Shown: piece after piece, positions 18,016 to 26,534 of the stretch
How the letters are laid out: every line of letters begins with the position of its first letter
How positions within the stretch are numbered: the first letter of the stretch is position 1
Virus record (IMG/VR): IMGVR_UViG_2974732567_000001
Location: 1 to 64,000 of that record
Strand: one strand, 5' to 3'
DNA length: 64,000 nt
DNA from: a virus
Lineage: Duplodnaviria > Caudoviricetes
The notes under the pieces: model-generated
Seen by the model: only the letters and a program-made list of their open reading frames with translations
Told to the model about the DNA's origin: nothing
The model's database searches: none
Translations under genes and position numbers: made by a program

Positions 18016-18349
18016 TTTAATTGGTTTTTTAAGTTAAACATATGTTACTTGTGAGCCTTTTATAGTCCTACTCATGACTTTTACGATATATCATTATAAT
18101 CGTTTTCTTATAATGTTGCTTAGTATCTTGCCTAAGTGCAAAGTATTAATCTTGTAATACACAAAGCTACATATTTCATGTGTGTAGCCCATAAGTTCCA
18201 GCTTAGTTTTACATCTCACTGTCTCAAAAAAGAGATGAATAAATTTAATTCAAACCTAAATTTGCTATATTGGTAAAACAATTGTTAACAAAAAGGATAA
18301 AGATAGGGTTGACGTGTGCCAACCCTTAAAAATTGTTAAGGCTATATAT

Positions 18350-18922
18350 TTATTCCTTAGCTTGTTCTTCTTCTTCATCCGTAATGTCAAGATAGACGCC
18401 TGAAGATAGGTTATTGTTAAGATTTGTTAACGCCGTTTCTTCTGCGCTTTGTTGTTCTGCCCAATTTCCGTCACTATCAGCAAAACCAATAACTGTAATA
18501 AAGTTTTGCTTTATTAACCTTCCAGAATTAGAAGTAAATTGTATTTGTTTTACCGTGTCGCTAATGTCTTTTAACGGAACTTGTTTATAACACAAATCAA
18601 GGCTTAGACAATCGTCTACTTTTGTATTTCTTGTTTTCTCTGTTATCTCGCCCGTTTCTTTATCAACAACTAGTTCAACCAAAGGTTCTAATGCTTTATC
18701 CCATTTAGTTGCCTCTTCATCCGATACGGGAAAAATACATTTTGTTAGCGTAATTGTACGAGCTTTTGCGGCTTCTATATTAATCTTTAAACGCCCTGTT
18801 TTGGGGTCTTTAATTACTTTTTCCGCATTAACATCACCTATTGTACCAACCCATGTACATACAAAAAAGTCCGGTTTGCCTTCTCTTTCTTTCTTCATTT
18901 TAGATTGTAAATAACACAACAT
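18350..18922 (-). CDS. Hypothetical protein with an acidic C-terminus, first gene of the left arm
   Basis: 190-aa ORF ending DITDEEEEQAKE. Confidence 0.8.
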   Translation of the reverse strand: MLCYLQSKMKKEREGKPDFFVCTWVGTIGDVNAEKVIKDPKTGRLKINIEAAKARTITLTKCIFPVSDEEATKWDKALEPLVELVVDKETGEITEKTRNTKVDDCLSLDLCYKQVPLKDISDTVKQIQFTSNSGRLIKQNFITVIGFADSDGNWAEQQSAEETALTNLNNNLSSGVYLDITDEEEEQAKE

Positions 18923-19303
18923 AACATTTGAATTTAAAAGGTTTGAATTTAAAATTTATAGGTGTAAGGAAAACCGCGTTAGTCAGACAAGCCGACTAGG
19001 GGCGTTCCATACCGATACTAGATACAGGGGAGTAATCCGTTGCTGGTAATCGCACGCACAACCCCTCCCTAAATTTTTATCTACCAAAAATTTTTTATAT
19101 ATTTTTTTGTTAAATAATGTTAAATTTCTGTAGTTAAATAGCTTTAAACATTGTTAATAAATGTTAAAGAAATGGGAACCAAGCGCATATAAGAGACGTT
19201 ATAAGGGGAGTAAGAGGGGTAGTAGTACTTACTAGTTACTATAATCTAAAGTAAGAGTAATAGTTTTTTAACTACTATTATACCTTTACTTTAATAGACA
19301 CAT
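18923..19303. promoter_or_regulatory. Divergent control region between the two arms
   Basis: Gene orientation switches here; 13-nt direct repeat TTTGAATTTAAAA (18927, 18942); TGTTAA repeats 19108-19167; GGAACC-N16-CGTTAT at 19175-19202. Confidence 0.65.
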
Positions 19304-19543
19304 ATGGAAAACATAAAATATAGATTCATTAATCTGAATAGTGTATCTACAGAAGTACATAAGAAATTAATCCCTTAGTATCTACCATTTAATGTAGCTT
19401 ATAACTTATACTAGAAAGCAAAACATATTGGCAATACAGATGATGGTTGGGCTCATATCGTAGAAGTAGATAATTCATATTATCATGTTACTATAGATAA
19501 TGGGGATATTTATATGACAGAAATAGAAATACTAGAACAATGA
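19304..19543 (+). CDS. Hypothetical protein (79 aa, 2 recoded TAG)
   Basis: Read-through gives MENIKYRF...EILEQ-TGA with an ATGA overlap on the next gene. Confidence 0.65.
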
Positions 19544-19824
19544 ATACAAAAGTAACTAGAAAACAAGTTGAAGAAGCTAGAAATTACTTATATAACATTA
19601 ATACGCAATTAGGTATGACACTATACGATCCAGAATTAGCAGAGATAATCAAGAATAGAGAAGTAGTAGAAATCCAAGGTAATAGATATCATATAGAGAG
19701 TTCTCCTCTAGGAACTTGTGATGGTTGTTGCTTTATGGGCAAACAATGTCCACAGAGAGCTGTAACATATTGTACCTCAAATGGAGGAAATATTATAGTA
19801 GAAGCAGAACCAAAGAAGAAATAA
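19540..19824 (+). CDS. Cys-rich hypothetical protein
   Basis: CDGCCF..C......C motif. Confidence 0.75.
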   Translation: MNTKVTRKQVEEARNYLYNINTQLGMTLYDPELAEIIKNREVVEIQGNRYHIESSPLGTCDGCCFMGKQCPQRAVTYCTSNGGNIIVEAEPKKK

Positions 19825-19857
19825 TACGTTATAAGTAGAAACTAAGTAAAAAAGAAT

Positions 19858-20208
19858 ATGGAAGATAAAGTACTAGAAACAGTGGTTAATGGCATTAAGT
19901 GGAATATGTTGAAGGATGTGTTGGTTAAACCACTGCCTGCAATTATGGTCACTAAGGAGTTTACAGAACAAATACCTAATGGTAAAGTAAGTGAAGACGG
20001 GTTTAACGAATACGATACTAAGACAGAGACTAAGGAAGTAGAGTCTGATTGGGCTACAGGTATCGTATTGCAGATTCCATCACACTTGACAGATGTTAAA
20101 TTTAAGGTTGGTGATACAGTTGCTTATAATAAGAAGTTTGCAATGTATTTTGATCTACTAAAAGATACACAATTAGTGAAACCTTACGACATTGTTGCCG
20201 TTAAGTAA
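19858..20208 (+). CDS. groES: GroES-like co-chaperonin
   Basis: DVLVKP...TGIVLQI...KVGDTVAY...YDIVAV follows the Cpn10 pattern. Confidence 0.7.
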   Translation: MEDKVLETVVNGIKWNMLKDVLVKPLPAIMVTKEFTEQIPNGKVSEDGFNEYDTKTETKEVESDWATGIVLQIPSHLTDVKFKVGDTVAYNKKFAMYFDLLKDTQLVKPYDIVAVK

Positions 20209-20274
20209 TATATCTAATTAAATTTTTCATAATCAAAAAGGTTCAACATAAATTTTAACCCGCTGAAAGGCACT

Positions 20275-20305
20275 GAGAGCTCGACTTAGGTCGGGCTTTC
20301 TTTTT
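20275..20305 (+). terminator. Rho-independent terminator
   Basis: GAGAGCTCGAC-TTAG-GTCGGGCTTTC-TTTTT. Confidence 0.75.
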
Positions 20306-20376
20306 ATATGTTAATTAATTGTTAACAAATGTTAAAAGCTATTAACAATTATTCACAACTAACGTTTTATAGGCAT

Positions 20377-20460
20377 ATGGAAAAATTAATAGTAATAGGT
20401 CTCTGCTTTTCCATAATATGGTTAGCCATATGGGGACTTAATGATAAAAATAGGAAATAA
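20377..20460 (+). CDS. Small membrane peptide (27 aa)
   Basis: MEKLIVIGLCFSIIWLAIWGLNDKNRK. Confidence 0.5.
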   Translation: MEKLIVIGLCFSIIWLAIWGLNDKNRK

Positions 20461-20462
20461 TT

Positions 20463-20843
20463 ATGAAATACACATTTAGAAAAGATTTCGGCATTTTCAA
20501 AGCAAATGATACACTTACTTGGGATGGTGAGCTTAAAGCTTTTACTATGGATGTAAAAGAAGGTGATAGTTTCAGATCTGCAATGATTGACGGTAATACT
20601 GTTAAAGACATGTGTAACGAAGGTTTGCTGAAAGAGGATTCTGATCAGAAAGAAGATAAGATCAACAGCACCGTTGAGTTTATTGACAACTTGCTTGACC
20701 AGTATGAGAAAGACTACAAAGAAGTAATGGACAAGTATAACGAAGGTAATATACAACCTTGTGTTAAGGTAGAAGCTGAAACAGTATACTATAATCTTAC
20801 TAAAGTATTAAATAAAGTTAGAGAAGAATTGACAAATGAATAA
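20463..20843 (+). CDS. Hypothetical protein
   Basis: 126-aa ORF. Confidence 0.8.
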   Translation: MKYTFRKDFGIFKANDTLTWDGELKAFTMDVKEGDSFRSAMIDGNTVKDMCNEGLLKEDSDQKEDKINSTVEFIDNLLDQYEKDYKEVMDKYNEGNIQPCVKVEAETVYYNLTKVLNKVREELTNE

Positions 20844-21228
20844 ATTGGTTAAGGCTGTACCTAAGACCGATTTATTAAAGGAATTTCTGAAAAGCCTGAA
20901 TGGCATACTTAATCTAACAGACAGAGAATTGGAGTTGTTAACAACTTTCGTAGAGTTAGATGTTAACACTCCAAAACTCCCTAATATTCACAAGAATGTT
21001 ATATCTACAGAAAATAGAAAGTATATTAAACGTACTTTAGGTATTACTCCTGATAATCTAAGTAGATACATTGCTAAGTTTAAAGCTTAGGGGATATTAC
21101 AGAGGGGAAAAGCCGAAGATGAAGTATTTGTGAATAAGGCTCTAATTCCAGAGATAATAGGCGATAGAGTACAAATCACAATAATACTAAAATTAAAGAA
21201 AGATGAAGATGAGATCACTAATGCTTGA
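20836..21228 (+). CDS. Winged-HTH-like DNA-binding protein (130 aa, 1 TAG)
   Basis: LTDRELELL...IKRTLGITPDNLSRYIAKFKA(Q)GIL; read-through to TGA at 21226. Confidence 0.65.
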
Positions 21229-21589
21229 TGCAGGTTCTATTATACTTTGGAAAGAGTATAATATACTACATAAGCTATGGAACAAGTTGAGAAGGAAAGA
21301 ACTGCCATTTAACCGTTTTACTATAGTAGGACAAAAGACGGAACTTCTTACTTCAGATAAGCTTGAAAACGTAATAGTATATGAACCCATCAGGAAGTAC
21401 AATAAATTAGAAAGTAACAAACTTACGACTATTACTTTTGGATTAGGTTCCTCAAAACAATGGGATGAAGTAGTTACTATAATTAACCTAGTACGACCTA
21501 ATACGCTGCTTACAACAAGCAGTATTGATAAGTGTAAGTACTATAAGAAGGTACAATGGAATGAGAAACTAGACGAGTATATATACTAA
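21203..21589 (+). CDS. Hypothetical protein
   Basis: 128-aa ORF. Confidence 0.7.
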   Translation: MKMRSLMLDAGSIILWKEYNILHKLWNKLRRKELPFNRFTIVGQKTELLTSDKLENVIVYEPIRKYNKLESNKLTTITFGLGSSKQWDEVVTIINLVRPNTLLTTSSIDKCKYYKKVQWNEKLDEYIY

Positions 21590-21767
21590 ACTTAGTAATA
21601 AATACAATATACCGTATCAAGTAATAGAAGTAATATGCAACAGCCCATTTAAATTTGCTAACAAAGCCATAACAGAATTTGATCCTAAACCGGTTATGAT
21701 GGCTTACTTGGGTAAATTTAAAGTAAAGAAGAGATATGAAGAAGATGCCAAAAGTAGATAGATATGA
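21561..21767 (+). CDS. HU/IHF-like DNA-binding protein (68 aa, 2 TAG)
   Basis: MRN(Q)TSIYTKLSNKYNIPYQVIEVICNSPFKFANKAITEFDPKPVMMAYLGKFKVKKR has the HU-like two-helix plus LGxF strand layout. Confidence 0.6.
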
Positions 21768-22198
21768 TCCGGTTATATATCCTAGAAAGTTTTGGGTAAC
21801 CTACGACGTAGAAGGATTAGATAAGATGTTCGAATTCTGCAGTTATGGAAGACGGTAAAACTGAAGCGATAGGAGCATATAATAAACTCCTTGAAGAATA
21901 CGACGAAGGTACAGGAGTATTAGTAACATGTCCAGTAATTCATAAATCAAGTAGAAGATTGGGAGTATTGACTATAATTATGAAGCCAGAAGATGTAAAA
22001 GCTGGTGATGAGGCTCATGAAGCAGTACATGTAGCTGATTATATGTTCGAACAATTAGGTATGTATAGTCAAGATTTTCATGATAACAATGAGCAATATG
22101 CCTACTTAGTAGGCTGGGCTGCAGGTTGCATAAGTGAAACAATAATTAAGAATAGAGAATATGACACACGAAGAGAGTCTGATGATGTGGAAGCTTGA
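21736..22198 (+). CDS. HExxH zinc metallopeptidase-like protein, apparently split by a 1-nt frameshift near 21844
   Basis: N-part MKKMPKVDRYDPVIYPRKFWV (21736 frame); C-part with AHEAVH...NEQYAYLVGW (21845 frame). Confidence 0.55.
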
Positions 22199-22571
22199 AA
22201 TGGAGAATTTCAATAAGAATATTGGAATGGCTTCTAAAGACATGAAAAAAATGTATAAAATCCTTGATACAGTAATTACTGAAGGTATTATTACTTATGA
22301 AGATTTTACCAATGATATGATTGACGAACTTACTACACTAATGGTAGAAGAAGGAAAAGCTGGTAAGGATCCTAAAGATAGATCTACAGAAGTCGATATC
22401 ATATGTAAACGTTTAGCTGAAAAGTATGAAACCAAATATAACGAAAGAGAGTCTGGAACAGGAACTACAGAATTATCAACAGATAATACAGAAGTATCAG
22501 ACACTGAAGAACTACACGAATCCGAATGTGTCTCTGAGGAGTGCAATGGCGATAGTAGCGAGATTGCGTAA
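22161..22571 (+). CDS. Acidic hypothetical protein
   Basis: 136-aa ORF. Confidence 0.75.
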   Translation: MTHEESLMMWKLEMENFNKNIGMASKDMKKMYKILDTVITEGIITYEDFTNDMIDELTTLMVEEGKAGKDPKDRSTEVDIICKRLAEKYETKYNERESGTGTTELSTDNTEVSDTEELHESECVSEECNGDSSEIA

Positions 22572-22604
22572 AGAAAGATTAACAGGTTATAGAATTGATT
22601 AATT

Positions 22605-22976
22605 ATGGTAAAGTTTTGTGCAAGAGTAAATGATAGCGATATCTATAGAGTAGATTTCGAGAAAGAAGAATTTGAACCAATAGGTTACTGTAGTAACATT
22701 GATTATCGTTATCTTATACCAGAAGATGGCATCTTAGAAATAACTGATAAAGATGGCAATAAGAAGACTATTGAAGTAAAAAAGCATGATGTGCTATTTA
22801 AGATGTACAGTATTACTGATAATTTTGAAGATAGAGAATATATAGTAATAAATAATCCAGAATTGAAGGACTATTATCGTAGAATGACTGAGAAATTAGA
22901 GGCTGATAAAAAAGCAAGAGAAGCAGTGTCTGGTGAGAAAGTTTGTTGTGATTGTGGATCAATTGGAGAAAAGTGA
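22605..22976 (+). CDS. Hypothetical protein
   Basis: 123-aa ORF. Confidence 0.75.
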   Translation: MVKFCARVNDSDIYRVDFEKEEFEPIGYCSNIDYRYLIPEDGILEITDKDGNKKTIEVKKHDVLFKMYSITDNFEDREYIVINNPELKDYYRRMTEKLEADKKAREAVSGEKVCCDCGSIGEK

Positions 22977-23302
22977 TGGAAAAGATTTTAATTAAAAGAG
23001 GTCGTATCGTAGTATACGATACTGACACTAACAGCATAGGATATTGTAGCCCAACATATGTACATTGTAATGAAATGTACTCTCCACAAAAGAATGGACA
23101 AGTAATTACGGAAACTTAGTTGATTGATGTTGATGCTGGAGATATCGTCATTCCAATATATTATTTCTCTAAGAAAGAGAATAAGGAAATGACTGAAGTG
23201 ATAGTCATTACAGACAAAGTTGCTGCTTATGATCTGAATAAAGCTTTAGAGAAAATGAAGTATCACAGAGAATATAAAGAAGAAAAGAATGAATCTTGTT
23301 GA
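22976..23302 (+). CDS. Hypothetical protein (108 aa, 1 TAG), probable paralog of the preceding gene
   Basis: Read-through joins MEKILIKRGR... to the 23120 ORF; both proteins contain IGYCS. Confidence 0.7.
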
Positions 23303-23822
23303 TATAGTAGGCGGTAAAGTAGTAATTCATCCTGACTTATACTTTGTACCAGCATTTAAAAAGCTATACGAACAAGACACTTCAGAAGATAAGATTCATC
23401 AAGAGCTTGTTATTACTTATATAGTACTTATGCACAAGTGGAGTAGCCCATATAAGAAGAGCATGGATGCTTCTACTAGGGAAATAAGGTTAAAAGAGCA
23501 AGTATTCAACGATGTAAATTATCAGCTTACTGAAGATGAAAAGGTAGCTGAACAAGAATACATAGATTGGCAAAATACTAGGATACTTAAGATGCTAGAC
23601 GCTCAAATGAACAAACTAGACTCTGTTACAAAGTGGTATGAAGATTCACTAGATGATTGTTTGGACGAGAAAAAGATCAAAGATTTGCTAGCCGGAATGG
23701 GGTCCACTGCTAATACTATTAAGAGTATAGAAGCTTTAAAATCTATGGTTCAAGCTGAAGAATTAGCAATGGGTAAAGTAAAAGGCGACGCCAAGGTTAA
23801 TCCTTATGAGTTGGCAGGATAA
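23289..23822 (+). CDS. Helical protein upstream of TerL (possible small terminase subunit)
   Basis: 177-aa ORF; function inferred from position only. Confidence 0.6.
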   Translation: MNLVDIVGGKVVIHPDLYFVPAFKKLYEQDTSEDKIHQELVITYIVLMHKWSSPYKKSMDASTREIRLKEQVFNDVNYQLTEDEKVAEQEYIDWQNTRILKMLDAQMNKLDSVTKWYEDSLDDCLDEKKIKDLLAGMGSTANTIKSIEALKSMVQAEELAMGKVKGDAKVNPYELAG

Positions 23823-23882
23823 TACAGTAAAAAACAACATAAAATAAACAACACGTTATAGGTGTTATAAAACTAAACTAAT

Positions 23883-24020
23883 ATGAAAAAGCAGATGATT
23901 ATTTCGATTGATGCAACACAAGGTGCAGAGAAATTCTGGGCTGATATCTATGAAGCTCATGAAGCTATAATGAAGGCGAAAAAGCCTTCATTGTGGCAAA
24001 GAATTAAATCTTGGTTCTGA
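23883..24020 (+). CDS. Small protein (45 aa)
   Basis: MKKQMIISIDATQGAEKFW...KKPSLWQRIKSWF. Confidence 0.6.
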   Translation: MKKQMIISIDATQGAEKFWADIYEAHEAIMKAKKPSLWQRIKSWF

Positions 24021-24064
24021 TACAAGACGTCCAACGGGGATGGACAATAAGTATTCCCCGGCAC

Positions 24065-24167
24065 GGGAGAGTGGCGGAATGGTATACGGCAGTAGATTGA
24101 CGGAAGCGCCCTAAAGTCGTCGTTAACAAAGCTCTTGGGTTTGAGAGTTCGAATCTCTCCTCTCCCG
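24065..24167 (+). tRNA. Atypical 103-nt tRNA-like RNA with an expanded central arm; identity unresolved
   Basis: Acceptor GGGAGAG/CTCTCCC-G, D loop GAATGGTATA, T arm GAGAG-TTCGAAT-CTCTC; no canonical anticodon stem. Confidence 0.6.
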
Positions 24168-24175
24168 CTTAATAT

Positions 24176-24250
24176 TGCCCTATGGTGTAATGGTTAGCAC
24201 AGGAGGCTCTAACCCTCTTAGTCTGCGTTCGAGTCGTAGTAGGGCTACCA
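24176..24250 (+). tRNA. Amber suppressor tRNA(CUA) with a Gln-type body
   Basis: Full cloverleaf, anticodon arm GGAGG-CTCTAAC-CCTCT (CTA at 24209-11), unpaired U1, encoded CCA. Confidence 0.93.
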
Positions 24251-24391
24251 ATAAAATAGTGAAGTATGGCGCGCATACAACGTAAACACCTAAGTCACTT
24301 ATTGCGTAATTAACAATAAACACAGCTCATGATGGTCCTAATCGTAAGTAGGCAGGTTAGGCGGTTCCTGGTTTTAGTAAAACCGCTGTAC

Positions 24392-24464
24392 TGTGGGATG
24401 GAGCAGTTGGTAGCTCGTTAGGCTCATAACCTAAAGGTCGTTGGTTCAAATCCAACTCCCGCAA
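24392..24464 (+). tRNA. tRNA-Met(CAU) on an initiator-like scaffold
   Basis: TGTGGGA..GAGCAGTTGGTAGCTC-G-TTAGG-CTCATAA-CCTAA-AGGTC-GTTGG-TTCAAAT-CCAAC-TCCCGCA-A. Confidence 0.9.
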
Positions 24465-24480
24465 CTTAAGAAGAAATAAT

Positions 24481-26532
24481 ATGGTAGATTTCAACAAGTA
24501 GATAAAAAATAGTGACAAGTTTAGATAGCCGGCTCTGAGATTTCTCGAAGTCGGCTCTTATTGTTAGTATCCAGAAGGTACATCAGAGTACTTTAAATAC
24601 TGGGACGAATAGATGGACAGATGTAAATATGGTTATACAGCTGATGATGGAGATTTCATCAGTGGGTATAACTATTTTTATTTAAACTTCTGTCCTATTC
24701 AAAGAATTATCTATACTACTATAACTAATCCTGATGGCTCTACTAAAGTAAAAAAAACAAGGGAATTACAATTTCCTGACTTCTATGATTATGACTATTA
24801 CTTCTTCTTAGCTGTAGAAGATGCGGAAGGAGCAGGTAAACATTTGTGTGCATTAAAGAGTAGACGTAAAGGTTATTCTTATAAGAATGCAGCAATGGCT
24901 TGCCGTAATTATTACTTAATCCCAGGTAGCAAGACATATATATACGCTAGTAATAAACAGTACTTGACAGAGGACGGTATTCTTACTAAAGCATGGGACT
25001 ATATGGACTTTATAGACAAGAATACAGCTTGGGGTAAGAAGAGATCCGTTAATACTTAGATGCGTAAACGTGCTGGATTCTTTACTAAGGATGAGTACGG
25101 TAATGAAATAGAATTAGGTTTCAAATCTGAAATTATCGGTGTTACTTTGAAAGACAATCCTGACGTAGTTCGTGGTAAGGCTGGTAAGTTAATTATATTT
25201 GAAGAAGCAGGTTCTTTTTCAGAATTAGGTGCTGCATGGCAAATCGCTAGACCGTCTGTAGAACAAGATGGTGTTGCATTCGGTACTATGATTGCGTTTG
25301 GTACAGGTGGTGATGAAGATAGTCACTTTGAAACGCTTAAAGATATGTTCTATAATCCAGATGGTTACAACTGTATTGGATTTGATAACATATGGGATGA
25401 AACACCATCCGATAAATAGTGTGGATTCTTTATACCTCAGTATACCAATATGGACTTTCGTGATGACAATGGTAACAGAATGTTCATGGATATTGACGGT
25501 AATACTTTGCGTAAGAAGTCTGTAGAATATATCCTATCAGAACGTAGAAAGGTAATAGAGAATGCAACTAACTCTGTAGCAGTGGATAGATATGTTGCAG
25601 AACACTGTATAACGCCCTAGGAGGCATGTTTGGAGTTTGGTGGTAATATATTCCCTAAAAAAGAATTACAGGAGCAGTTAGCCAAAATACGTATAAATAA
25701 GAGCCTTAGTAATATGAAGCAAGTAGGTGATTTAGTATGGGAAACAGATGGATCACTTAAATGGGTCATCAAGAAACATGGCGATATAACGCATTATCCT
25801 TTGAAAAAAGACGATGATCCTACTGGATCAATAGTTATATGGGAACATCCTATGAAAGACGCTCCTATAGGCTTATATATACTTGGAGTAGACCCTTATG
25901 ATCATGATTAGTCAGGAACCAATTCATTAGGATCTACATTTGTATATAAAAGATTTTAGAACTTCGAAAACTACTATGATATCATAGTAGCTGAATACAC
26001 AGGACGACCTTCGACAGCTGAAGAATATTACGAAAACTTACGTAAGTTAGCAGTATATTATAATGGTAGGATCATGTACGAAAATGAACGTAAAGGATTA
26101 TTTCCTTACTTTACTGCTAAGCATTGTGACTATTTGTTAGCTGATCAACCGGATATTATCTCCGATATTGTAGGTAATACTAAAGTATAGAGAAAGAAGG
26201 GTTGTCACATGAATAAGTAGATCAAGCAATGGGGTGAAGGCTTGATTAAAGACTGGTTGAATGAAGAACAAGCCCCAGGTAAAAAGAACCTACACAATAT
26301 CCTATCAGAGCCGCTATTAGAAGAACTTATAAGCTATAATGATACAGGAAACTTCGATAGGGTCATGGCGTTGATGCAGGTAATGATTTATAGAGAACAG
26401 CTCTATAATTTAAAGGTTAAAGAGAAGAAAAAAGAGAATAAAAATAGGGTATTGTTTGAAGGTCCTATTTTTACTCAAGAATGGTTTCATGACGATGAAT
26501 CCATTGATAATTTAAAAGCATATATGTTTTAA
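24481..26532 (+). CDS. terL: Terminase large subunit (683 aa, many recoded TAG)
   Basis: Four ORF fragments share one frame, separated by TAG; Walker A KSRRKGYS, Walker B IIFEEAG, nuclease LGVDPY and YENE. Confidence 0.93.
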
Positions 26533-26534
26533 TT

